Source: Podarcis muralis (lineage: Eukaryota). Taken from it: a DNA stretch of 64,000 bases. The stretch spans positions 24,490,001 to 24,554,000 of the forward strand of contig NC_135667.1 of assembly GCF_964188315.1 (NCBI RefSeq). Direction: 5' to 3'. This document shows, piece by piece, positions 25,164 through 36,147 of this stretch. Positions within the stretch are counted from its first letter, which is position 1. Each line of letters starts with the position of its first letter. A program made the translations under genes and the position numbers. The notes under the pieces were generated by a model that did no database searches, was not told the DNA's origin, and saw only the letters and a list, made by a program, of their open reading frames with translations.

Positions 25164-26105
25164 ATGCACAATCTTACCTCCATGCCTGCATTTCTGCTGC
25201 TGGGATTCTCAGATATTCGAGAACTACAGATCTTGCACTTCTTCATGTTCCTAGCCTTGTACTTGATGGCAATAATAGGGAATCTTCTAATTGTCATTGT
25301 CATTGTCCTTGATCACCACCTTCATACCCCTATGTATTTCTTTCTAATGAATTTGGCCATCATGGACCTTGGAACAGTTTCAGTTATGGTGCCCAAATCA
25401 ATGGCTATTTCCCTTTACAACAACAGGTTAATTTCTTATTTTGGATGTGTTGCTCAGGTTTTCTTTTTACATTTATTTGGAATATCAGATTTTGCTCTCC
25501 TAACTATAATGGCACATGACCGTTACGTTGCTATTTGCAGACCACTGCAATATGAGACAATTATGCACAAAGGAGCCTGTATACGGATGGTAGCCATTGG
25601 GTGGATCACAGGCTTTCTTGCTGCCATGTTACATACTGGGAGCACCTTTGGCAATACCTTCTGTGCTAATTCTGTCAACCAGTTCTTCTGTGAAATCTCA
25701 AAATTACTGAAGATCTCTTGCTCCGACTTTTACTTAGTTGAAGTTCGGGTTCTTGTGATAGCCTTTATTATATCAGTAGGATGCTTCATTTTCATCATCA
25801 TAACATACATGCAGATCTTTTCTACAGTGCTCAGAATACCTTCTGTAGATGGTCAGAAAAAAGCCCTCTCCACTTGCATTCCCCACCTCACTGTTGTCTC
25901 TTTGCTAATGTTCACTGGTGCCTTTGCCTACGCAAGGCCACCCACTGATTCTTCTTCTGATCTAGATATAGTTTTTGCTGTGATATATACCATAATTCCT
26001 CCCACATTAAATCCATTTATTTACAGTATGAGAAACAAAGAAATTAAGACTGCTTTGTGGAAACTGTTCTATAAAAATAGTGTTGTATACTGTTCTATAT
26101 GTTAA
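25164..26105 (+). CDS. Olfactory receptor, OR14-like
   Basis: MHNLTS start at 25164 (in-frame alternative ATG at 25140 after acceptor 25134); complete OR motif set. Confidence 0.95.
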   Translation: MHNLTSMPAFLLLGFSDIRELQILHFFMFLALYLMAIIGNLLIVIVIVLDHHLHTPMYFFLMNLAIMDLGTVSVMVPKSMAISLYNNRLISYFGCVAQVFFLHLFGISDFALLTIMAHDRYVAICRPLQYETIMHKGACIRMVAIGWITGFLAAMLHTGSTFGNTFCANSVNQFFCEISKLLKISCSDFYLVEVRVLVIAFIISVGCFIFIIITYMQIFSTVLRIPSVDGQKKALSTCIPHLTVVSLLMFTGAFAYARPPTDSSSDLDIVFAVIYTIIPPTLNPFIYSMRNKEIKTALWKLFYKNSVVYCSIC

Positions 26106-26137
26106 AGTTTGGCAATGCCATTTTTAACCCAGCAACA

Positions 26138-26317
26138 TAACTTTTGGTAGAGTATCTGCTTTCCATGCAGGAGGTTCCTGCCTTTACCCCTGGCAAGTCC
26201 TGGCTGGGGAATAATGATTCCACGTCTGAAGTCATAGAGGGTTACTGCAAGTCAGTGCTGACAATACTGAACTAAATGGACCCAGTGAAATAAGTGTAAA
26301 CAGTTTGTTCTGTTCCT
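26138..26317 (+). mobile_element. tRNA-derived SINE (Squam3/MIR-like), degenerate
   Basis: tggtagagtatctgctttccatgcagg head, gacaatactgaactaaatggacc body; orthologous copies at 31160-31346, 33939-34045 and 39196-39380. Confidence 0.6.
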
Positions 26318-27544
26318 GAATCTGTGATACAAATCATTCCATAATTCCTCCACCTCCTTTTTCATATAATTCATCGTCAATTGATCACGCATTTCACCAT
26401 CTTCTCAAGACAGTGTATTTCACTTACAAGTGATACATGTATACGACAATCGAATGTAACCATATTAACAAATATTCCATGTAAACATTTAGTTAGAAAA
26501 AGAAAGTTGAAGAACATAAAATGTATCATTTTCCCAAAATGTTCTGAACAGAACATGGCCTTGTGGGGCATTTTGTTCTTGATCATTCTACAATTTTATA
26601 AAATTTATTTTTGCATAAAAATGTCATCTGGCAATTTTCTTTCTATTGTTTTATAATATTGATTAGTAGAACCATCTAATTTGAACTTTTGTTGTCCAGT
26701 GGGTTGTGTTCGCGATAAATTATCCCTCCAAGAGCTGCATGCCAGAGCTGGGTCTCCACTCTTAGTCTATTATACTCATACTACACACACCGGCAGACAT
26801 GCAGCACACAAACCTACAGATATGGACACACACTGATCATAAAAAGAAAACAAGAACACAAGCAACCCCCCCCCCCAAATTGACCCAGGGAGACAGTTCC
26901 CTTCATGTGCAGATAACACTTGTGCAGAGCAAATTTTCACACATCATAGCACAAGACTGCTTGGAGATTGGGGTGACAATATGATAAAATTTATACATTC
27001 AGAAATTACTAAGCAAAATATTAAATGATTATATGCTTTTACGACAGAGATGTGCAGAACATTATGCAGAACATTAACACAACAAATCTTTAGCCTCTCC
27101 ACTCTTTTCAGTTCACACAACCATCATTTCTAATGTATATGAACACCCTGAATGACAGGAACCAACTGGAAACTAAAAGAAAAATACAAGGGACAATTAC
27201 TGACCACATACCTCATCATTCATTAATGGAGGCCATTCCACATGTACTATACTGTGAAGGCTTGAGATCAGTTTACTTGTGAGCTTGCTATACCCCATTT
27301 ATGCCCATCTGACTGTTTTTGTCTGTGGAACTGGCAATGTTACAGGTGCCACATACCGGTAATTTAGGACTAAAAAAAGAAAAGAAACTGTTTTTAACTG
27401 TTTTTATTAATAATTATATCTTTCTTGTTAGCCATGTGGAGGCTTTATTACAATCAAGTGGTATATAAACTTTGTTAAATGAAACAAATAAACAGAGGTT
27501 ATTCCTACAGCAACTGGGTCGGATAGGTCAGTCTGGGACTGACT

Positions 27545-27727
27545 CAGTGGCGTAGCGTGGGTTGTCAGCACCCGGGGCAAGGCAAGTAATTTGCGCCCCC
27601 TAACCCGTGGATTTGCGCCCCCTAACCCGTGGATTTGCGCCCCCTAATCTGTGGATTTGCCCTAACCCCAGATGTTGCGCCCGGTGCGGCCGGCCCCCCC
27701 CCCTGCACCCCCCACACTACACCATTG
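27545..27727. mobile_element. hAT-type MITE with internal ~21-nt tandem repeats
   Basis: TIR CAGTGGCGTAGCGTG / CACACTACACCATTG; perfect 8-bp TSD GACTGACT (27537-27544, 27728-27735). Confidence 0.88.
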
Positions 27728-28278
27728 GACTGACTATCCCAAAGTCACACAATATGTTTTATGACTGATTTTATCTATGGTCTCTCACATCCTACTCCAC
27801 TTAATATTCCTCCGTCCCCCCCCCCCCACATACTGGAAAAATGACATAGAAGTGAGTAAACGGGGGTGGGTGGGGGTGGAAGTAATCTTTTCTGATAGGT
27901 CTGGAAATGTATTGCAGATAGAGGCACATGACGGCAAATAAATAAATAAAAGATAAAAAATGGAATGGTAGTTAGAGTTCTCTTCAGTTAGAATTATTGC
28001 AGCCAGGTTTTGCACTAAAGGAGTCATATTGAAGGGCAGCCCCATGTATAATGCAATATAGCAATTCAGCCAGGATGTAACCAGGAAATGGATAGTTTGT
28101 GAAAGCCTGTCTCTATCTAGAAATGGCTACAGTATTTGGATATAACTAAATAAATAGCCATAGAGTGATCATTTTTCATGTACTGAAGCACATGTTGTAT
28201 CTGTTGTTGTTTGTTTGTTTCTACTACCAAAGTCGAAGCAGCAAAATTGCCTTGAGGATTCCGATCAGCTCTGCTGCG

Positions 28279-28302
28279 CTCTTGGGAGTAGGATCCCAAG
28301 AT
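28279..28302 (+). promoter_or_regulatory. Paired O/E(EBF)-like motif upstream of OR 30157
   Basis: CTCTTGGGAGTAGGATCCCAAGAT inside a ~200-nt block conserved upstream of four ORs (also 38437-38459, 42165-42188, 43630-43653). Confidence 0.4.
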
Positions 28303-30156
28303 GCCTAAACAGAATTAACTAACGCTCCCTCCCATGCCTGCTGGCACTAAGAGCTGATGCTACATTTAGTGACTATTACCTTTAAATATGCTGTCTTTTT
28401 TAAAGGGGAAAAATACTTGGTTACATGTTTGGGGGTAAGTGCCAAGGGAAGGTTGAAAGTGCCTGGTTGAGAAGGTACATGGGCTCTCGCATCTGAAGCA
28501 TATCATACCCTATGAATTTTTACACTTGAAGGTATTTCAATTGCTTGCCAACTTTTTCTAACTGGATTATAATTTTGTTCGATTAAATCCAGACTTGGTG
28601 ATGCTATTAGCAGACCCATTGACTGCAGAGGTTCTGTTACAAGTATATGACTAAATGTGAGTCCAACCCAATACGTTCGATTATAGTTGTATAATTGTGA
28701 GATCTGGTACGCCACATTGAATGGGAAATTGTGACAAAAATGGAAGTGCACAAGCCAAGTTATAAAAGACGATATAAGTATTTTATTATTCATGTGACAG
28801 TAATAACCGCAAAACCAATACTGTGTGGTGAGCTCTTATGTACATGTATGTGTATGTAGGCTTCTCTTTTGGATGTTCCATCAAACGCACAGATATTAGA
28901 AGAAGGATTGAGGGGGTATAATCTATACCCTCCAACATTCCTCATATGAAACTAGGGATATTCTGTTTACATAAGTGTCATTCCACCCCATGCCCATTAG
29001 ACAAAGTCAAGTGAACACCTCAAGCAGCAAATGCTGGGGATTGGTGAAGCGGCAGTGAGGTTGGGAGGTTAGGGCGGTGTGTACAAGGTGCCCTGCCCTG
29101 TATTAACTCATTGTATTCTTATAAGCTGTTTAGGACCATGCCCTCACAATGCAACATACAAACAAGAGCAAGGCAAGATATAAAGGTATAATAGCTACAT
29201 GACCAAACATACAACATACTTTAAGAAGCTGTCCTGTAAAACCTAATTATGACCTAAGTTAAAGGTAGCATTAAACATAAAGGTCTTCACCGCTTGCCTA
29301 AGTGCCTGTACACATGGGGTAAGGCACAAGTCAATAGGAAGGGAGGGTATGAGTTCATGATATAATAAGCCAGAAAATTAACAGTGAAATATTTGATTTT
29401 CCTATCCCTTATTTTTGCAGTCCCAAGCAGAAACCGACCTACCAAACCTTCAGGGAGCCTCTGTTCATACTGCGTGTTCTGTCTTCAATTTACGGAGGTT
29501 ACCTAATTTGTGCAGGCCTGCTGCGAATTATCCCAAATTAAAAGCATGTGCATGTGTGCATAGTGATAACAAAGTCAGTTTATACGAGCTCCAATTCCAG
29601 TTCTTACCCGGGTGCTGCTGCAAGCCACTGCCAGACTCAGGAGCACATATATATAATGGGTATAATAGTAACCTGCCATTTATTTTGGCTAAAAGAAGTA
29701 GATTGATTTTGAGCACATAACTCTGAAATTATCTGATGATATGTGTTGTGCTCTTAACTCTTAATATTGTATAGGTCACATGCAAGGACATGCAGATTGT
29801 TCTGAGTAAACAAAACTGCCTTGCAAGAAAGCTCACAATGCAAGTTGAAAATCAGTGTTGCTGGGAGCAGTTGGGACAATCCTGGATAAAATTAGAAGCC
29901 AAAATGACTTCTGTAATTCCAGGAGTGTCCTGGGAAAATTGTGACACTTGAAGGCTATGCTAGCCTCCCCACACCATGCACAAATTTCAAATAGGTGCTG
30001 GGGGGGGGGTTCATTGACAATCTGAGGGGGAAAGCATAGAATGCATGGTGGATTTGACTGTTTAAAGGAACTTTAACGGGTTAATAAATATTTATAAACA
30101 AACAATCCTATCTTCTTCCTTGTACAGGTAATGTGTGAACACGTTGTGTGAATAAA

Positions 30157-31095
30157 ATGTCCAATCTTACCTCCATGTCTACATTTCTGCTGTTGGGATT
30201 CTCAGACATTCGAGAACTACAGATCTTGCACTTTTTTGTTTTCTTATTGTTGTACTCGGTGGCAATAATGGGCAATTTTCTCATTATTGTAGTAGTTGTC
30301 TTCGATCACCACCTTCACACCCCCATGTACTTCTTTCTCATGAATTTGGCCATGATGGACCTTGGAACAATTTCTGTCATGGTACCCAAATCGATGGCTA
30401 TTTCTCTTTTAAACAGCAGGTTCATGTCTTATTCTGGATGTGTTGCTCAAGTCTTTTTTTCATATTTATTTGGAACATCAGATCTTGCCCTCCTAACTAT
30501 AATGGCACATGACCGCAATGTTGCTATTTGCAACCCACTCCAATATGAGTTAATTATGAACAGAGGAGCCTGTATACGGATGGTAGCCATTGTATGGATT
30601 ATCAGTCTTCTTAATGCCACCCTACATGCTGGTTGCACCTTTGCAAACACCTTCTGTTCTAATGCTGTCAATCAATTCTTCTGTGAAATCCCAAGGTTAC
30701 TGAAGCTTTCCTGCACTGACTTTTACTTAGTTGAAGTTGGGTTTCTTGTGCTAGGATGGAGTATAGGGCTCTGTTGCTTCATTTTCATCATCATAACATA
30801 CATTCAAATCTTTTCTACAGTGCGTAGAATCCCTTCTGTTCATGGTCAGAAAAAGGCCCTTTCCACTTGCCTGCCTCACCTCATGGTTGTCTCTGTGTTT
30901 ATGTTCACTGGAGTATTTGCTTATGCAAAGCCACCCACAGATGCTGCTTCTAATGTGGACTTAGCTTTTGCTGTGGTCTATACCATCATTCCTCCCACAT
31001 TGAATCCATTCATCTACAGTATGAGAAACAAGGAAATAAAAACTGCTATGTGGAAACTCTTAGATTATGGGCATTCTTCTAAAAATATATTTTGA
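30157..31095 (+). CDS. Olfactory receptor, OR14-like (DRN variant)
   Basis: MSNLTS start at 30157 (acceptor 30127); complete motif set; MAHDRNVAIC. Confidence 0.95.
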   Translation: MSNLTSMSTFLLLGFSDIRELQILHFFVFLLLYSVAIMGNFLIIVVVVFDHHLHTPMYFFLMNLAMMDLGTISVMVPKSMAISLLNSRFMSYSGCVAQVFFSYLFGTSDLALLTIMAHDRNVAICNPLQYELIMNRGACIRMVAIVWIISLLNATLHAGCTFANTFCSNAVNQFFCEIPRLLKLSCTDFYLVEVGFLVLGWSIGLCCFIFIIITYIQIFSTVRRIPSVHGQKKALSTCLPHLMVVSVFMFTGVFAYAKPPTDAASNVDLAFAVVYTIIPPTLNPFIYSMRNKEIKTAMWKLLDYGHSSKNIF

Positions 31096-31660
31096 GTTTT
31101 TAAAAATGGGATTGTATATTCAATGTGAATGTTTTGATATACAGTTTTTAACCTAGCACTAGAACCTTGGGGTGGACATTTGCTTTGCATTTAGGAAGTT
31201 CCTGCTGTAACCCCTGGCATCTGCAGGTGGAGGAATGAATGGTTCCATATCTGAAGCCATAGGGAGCCACTACCAATCAGTGTCAACAATACTGAGCTAA
31301 ATGCACCAATGGGCTGATTCAGTGTAAAGTAACTTCCTGTGTTCCTCACTCTGCAATGCAAATAGTCTTATAATTTATTCACCTTATTCTCCATGCCATT
31401 CATTGCCATTTGTTCATCCTCTTCACCCTTCTCCCCCCAAAAATGTGTTTTACTTACTACTGATACAAGTATAGTACAATTAGATATACTGTAACTGTAT
31501 CAGCAAATACTATTTCCAATGCCTTTAGTAAGAAAATGAAAGTTCACAAGCATAAAATGTATGTCCCCAAAATAATTATCAATTTTATTATATTTTTGCT
31601 TGCCACTCCAATATCTGAGTGGTGTGAGATTCCAGGGGTTCCAGGAATTTATCCAGGGTT
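31051..31660. repeat. Segment duplicated in inverted orientation at 38889-39492 (OR last codons plus 3' flank)
   Basis: About 10 differences per 300 nt by hand alignment. Confidence 0.9.
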
Positions 31661-31680
31661 AAACTCACAGTACCTAGGAA

Positions 31681-32479
31681 CGTAACCCCCACTTAATGGA
31701 GGTTGCCTATATAGAGCAATCAAATGTAATAAATATTCATTCTAATAAGAAAAAGTGTTGAAAAATGTGTAATTTTCCCATCAGAATTTTCAGTTTTACT
31801 GTAGTGTAGACAGAATCATACATTATCATTCTAAATTATAAAACTTGTTTTTTGATAAAATAATATATGATGTTGCAATCTTCCTTCTCTTATTTTGATA
31901 ATATTAATTGCTAGAAACATTTCCCTTGCCATATTCCATCTTCCCATCAGTCACCCTGGAGACTGCCTCTACCTCTGGGGTTGTTAGGATCCACCTCTGG
32001 CTCAGTCCATTGGGATTTCTTTCCACTAAATAGTGCCATTCACCGCTCTAAGAGATACTGCTGTCAAAAACCCAGCCACCCTTGCAGTTACTTCCAGGCT
32101 AACATAATTAACAGGAAACTAAAATATTATCTTAAAGATATTGAAATAAAACATTACCAAAGGAAATCAAATGCAAAATGCACATTTAAAACAGCACAAT
32201 TAGGAAGATAATATTATCATAGATACCACGCTCTCTGTATCCAGTATCCAGTATCTAGTATCCAGTATCCAGTAACTAGTTGTAATTGCACATTCTAACC
32301 ACGACGTGCATTCCCTGATGAACCAATTTATCATAGTTGATTCTTCCATGAAATAATCCATCATGGAATGTGGTATTCTGCCCCCACACAAACTCTCACC
32401 TTCGCATTTTTCCAGCACTTTTATTACAGGTAATCCTAATGTCCAGTTTGCACATTATGGTCAAATATGCAAACATTAT

Positions 32480-32518
<39 letters not shown>

Positions 32519-33644
32519 ATTAATCATACCCTCACAGCAAGCTCATGAAGTACATTAGACTGAGAGGCAGTGACTCAGTGAGTTTCATAAGCTGGGTGAA
32601 GGGGATAATCTTTTCCTATAGGTCTGGAAATTTATTGGGTTTCTTGTTAGCAGTCCTATGTAGCACTTTTAAGATTCACCAATTCAGTTTGCTAACCTGT
32701 ACATACTTATCACAGCTCATTGGCCACTCATTCATGACATTCTGCAAGCCTCACTAGGTCCAATGAGCACCAATTGCCACCGACAGAGCCTGTTATATTA
32801 ACAGCAGTGGCATTTACAGGGTACCCTGTTAAAGGGGTCTTGAGGGGGAAGTCTCTGTCCATATAGAGCCAGAAGTGGTTGGCCAGCGGGCCATAGAGCC
32901 CCCCCCCAACATTTGGGTTTCCCCATCTCTGAACTGCCCTGAGATCTCTGGGTATAGAGCGGTATATAAAGGAGGAGGAGGAGGAGGAGGAGGAGGTGAG
33001 AGTGTGTGCGAATGGGAAGTGGGGGCAGAATACCACATTCCATGATGGATTATTTCATGGAAGAATCAACTATGAAAAATTGGTTCACCAGGGAATGCAC
33101 ATTGTTGCATATGTGGTTAGAGTGTGCAATTACAACTAGCTACTGGATACTGGATACAGAGAGCGTGGTATCTATGATAATATTATCTTCCTAATTGTGC
33201 TGTTTTAAATGTGCATTTTGCATTTTATTTTCTTTGGTAATGTTTTATTTTGAAATCTTTAAGATAATGTTTTAGTTTGCTGTTAATTATGTTAGCCTGG
33301 AAGTAACTGCAAGGGTAGCTGGGTTTTTGACAGCAGTATCTCTTAGAGCGGTGACTCCAGGGTGACTGATGGGAAGATGAAATATGGCAAGGGAAATGTT
33401 TCTAGCAATTAATATTATCAAAATAAGAGAAGGAAGATTGCAGCATTATATATTATTTTACCAAAAAAACAAGTTTTATAATTTAGAATGATCACAATCA
33501 AAACGTCTGATTCTGTCTACACTACAGTAAAACTGAAAATTCTGATGGGAAAATTACACGTTTTAAACACTTTTTCTTTTTAGAATGAATTTTCGTTACC
33601 TTTGATTTTTCTATATAGGCAACCCCCATTAAGTGGGGGTTACG
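31681..33644. repeat. Inverted repeat: arms 31681-32400 and 32996-33644, ~600-nt spacer
   Basis: Arms align as reverse complements along their length with scattered substitutions and one ~80-nt indel; spacer holds (AACT)n and (GGA)n tracts. Confidence 0.92.
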
Positions 33645-34385
33645 TCTGAACGCACCACGAGTTTAAGCAAAATAATGTGTATTTGAAACATCATTGAAAA
33701 AGCCTGTAAACACCTCTTTCCACCCCTTTCTGTGACATTTTTAGGTCACTTCTGGGTTCGGTGTGATGCACTTTTGTGAGGTTGAGCACAGATTGAAAGT
33801 CTGTAAATGGCAGGTTGGCTGTATTTATGTCAGTTGTAAGTGAAATAAACAATTTTAAAAATAGGGTGAAATGACAATGAATGACATGGAGAATTTCGTG
33901 GGGAAACCGGATGGGAGGGAAATATGTATCACAGAATTAGGAGCACGGTAAACTCTCTTCAGACAGGGCATCATTCCTGCCTCTATTTGGAGATGCCAGG
34001 GTTAAATTGAGAACTTTCTGCATCCATAGCAGATGATCCATCCCTGGAGATGGCAGGGATTATCAACATGCAAAGCAGATGTTCTACCAAGTTCAAGGTA
34101 AAAAATTGCAGAGCCAAATATTAACATACCAAAACTGCAATATTCTGAATGAGAATATTTGTCCATTTAGCTCTGTAATGCCTACAATGGCTTTCAGTGG
34201 CTCTCTAGGGCTTGAAAACAGGAAACAATTCCTTCCCATGCCGTTTGAATTCAAAGGATTTATTTTATCAAAGGTTACAATTCTGGGTTAAAAAATTGCA
34301 TATCAAAAAAATTAATAAAAAATAAAAAAAAATAAAAAATTGCATATCAAAATGCTCACACATTGAAGGGTATAGAATTGCATTT

Positions 34386-35318
34386 TTAGAGAACTCTAAA
34401 TTGAGTTTTAGAAGGCCCCAAATCTAAGAGTTTCCACAATGCAGTCTTGATTTCTTTGTTTCTTATGCTGTAGATGAATGGATTCAGTGTGGGGGGAATA
34501 ATGGTATATATTCCAGCAAAAGCAATATCGAGATCAAAAGAAGCGTCATTTGGAGGCTTTGCATAAGCAAAGATCCCAGTGAATATAAGCACAGATACAA
34601 CCGTGAGGTGAGGAAGGCAAGTGGAGAGGAGTTTTTTCTGACCCTGAACAGAAGGGATTCTGAGCACTGCGGAAAAGATCTGCATATATGTTATGATAAT
34701 GAATATGAAACACCCCGTTCCTATGCTAAAGGTTAGAACAAGAAGCCCAACCTCAACTAAGTAGAAGTCAGAGCAGGAGAGCTTCAATAATTTTGGGATT
34801 TCACAGAAGAACTGATTGACAGCATTAGAACAGAACGTGTTGGCAAAGGTGCTGCCAGCATGCAATATGGCAGCAAGAAGGCCTACAATCCACCCAATGG
34901 CTACCATCTGTATGCAGGCTCCTTTGTGCATAATTGTCTCATAGTGGAGTGGGTTGCAAATAGCAACATAGCGATCATGTGCCATGATAGTTAGCAGAGC
35001 AAAATCTGATGTTCCAAATAAATATAAAAAGAAAACTTGAGCAACGCATCCAAAATATGAAATATATCTGCTGTTTAAGAGGGAAATAGCCATTGATTTG
35101 GGTACCATGACGGAAATTGTTCCAACATCCAGCATAGCCAAATTCAGTAGAAAGAAGTACATGGGTGTGTGAAGGTGGTGATCAAGGACAATTGCAGCAA
35201 CAATGAGCAGATTCCCTATGATTGCTGTCATGTATAATGCTAGGAACACAAAGAAGTGCAAGATCTGTAGTTCTCGAATGTCTGAGAATCCCAGCAGCAG
35301 AAAAGTAAGATTGTGCAT
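34386..35318 (-). CDS. Olfactory receptor, OR14-like
   Basis: MHNLTFLLLGF start at 35318 (in-frame ATGs at 35327 and 35342 after the acceptor at 35348); 12-bp in-frame N-terminal deletion; KKLLSTC variant; otherwise intact. Confidence 0.93.
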   Translation of the reverse strand: MHNLTFLLLGFSDIRELQILHFFVFLALYMTAIIGNLLIVAAIVLDHHLHTPMYFFLLNLAMLDVGTISVMVPKSMAISLLNSRYISYFGCVAQVFFLYLFGTSDFALLTIMAHDRYVAICNPLHYETIMHKGACIQMVAIGWIVGLLAAILHAGSTFANTFCSNAVNQFFCEIPKLLKLSCSDFYLVEVGLLVLTFSIGTGCFIFIIITYMQIFSAVLRIPSVQGQKKLLSTCLPHLTVVSVLIFTGIFAYAKPPNDASFDLDIAFAGIYTIIPPTLNPFIYSIRNKEIKTALWKLLDLGPSKTQFRVL

Positions 35319-35506
35319 TTTGTTCATAGGGCTTATTAACATGCTACCTGTACAAGGAAGAAGATAAGGATTGTTAGGGTACAAATATTGATTAACCAGT
35401 TAGATTTAAGCACAGTGCCTTTTATCTAACCATCAAATCTAATGGTATTCTTTGCTTAATTGATTAATAGGCAAATGTTGTACTGGCCCTTTTGCCCCCT
35501 CAGTTT

Positions 35507-35644
35507 TAGAACCATAGAACAATAGAACTGTAAAGTTGGAAGGGACTCCAACCCCCTGCAAAGCAAGTATCTTTTACCCAACATGGAGCTCAAGCCCATG
35601 ACCGAGTTTAAGAGTCTCAGGTCTACCAACAAAGCTATCCCAGC
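35507..35644 (-). mobile_element. SINE with tRNA-Lys(CUU)-derived head and CR1 3' tail
   Basis: Minus strand GCTGGGATAGCT..GTTGGTAGA..TGAGACTCTTAA..CTC..GGTCATGGG..GAGCTCCATGTTGGG followed by CR1-type gcagggggttgga...cccttccaact...ttctatggttcta. Confidence 0.7.
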
Positions 35645-35679
35645 ATGGATATTGTCCTGAGAGTATCTGTGTCCATTCA

Positions 35680-35825
35680 TTTTATTTTTTTTTATTTTTA
35701 TTTTTATTTTTATTTTTATTTTTTTTATTTTTATTTTTATTTTTATTTTTATTTTTATCATAATCATCATCATCATCATTATAATAATAATAATTATAAT
35801 AATAATTATCATTATTATTATTTTC
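35680..35825. repeat. Compound microsatellite (TTTTTA)n(CAT)n(AAT)n
   Basis: Direct reading. Confidence 0.95.
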
Positions 35826-35924
35826 TATACCGCTTTAAAGAAAAAAATCTCAGAGTGCTTTTCAGCACATTAAAACATCAAATAAAACAATCCAGAATAA
35901 AACATTTTTAAAGAAAGTCAAATA

Positions 35925-36147
35925 CAGTGGTACCTCAGGTTACAGACGCTTCAGGTTACAGACTCCGCTAACCCAGAAATAGTACCTCGGGTTAAGAACT
36001 TTGCTTCAGGATAAGAACAGAAATCGCACGGTGGCACGGTGGCAGCGGGAAGCCCCATTAGCTAATGTGGTGTCTCAGGTTAAGAACAGTTTCAAGTGAA
36101 GAACAGACCTCCGGAACGAATTAAATTCTTAATCCGAGGTACCACTG
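35925..36147. mobile_element. Tigger-like MITE (same family as 19268)
   Basis: CAGTGGTACCTC TIRs, TA flanks. Confidence 0.9.

Noticed and set aside
27586-27665. CRISPR-like or regulatory repeat array
   Set aside because: Head-to-tail ~21-nt minisatellite without spacers inside a hAT MITE; eukaryotic context. Same for (GCCGCTAA)n at 40651-40760.
13825-35384. GTG/TTG starts given by the ORF track for OR genes (13825, 19869, 25098, 30148, 35384)
   Set aside because: Paralog alignment and conserved splice acceptors place the starts at the ATG of M(H/S)NLT.
35570-35644. Functional tRNA-Lys gene
   Set aside because: D-arm and T-arm are broken by indels and it is fused to a CR1 tail; treated as a SINE.
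35456-35911. Low-complexity ORFs (also 56198-56772, 61912-62403, 63472-63983, 3006-3441)
   Set aside because: Translations of microsatellites.
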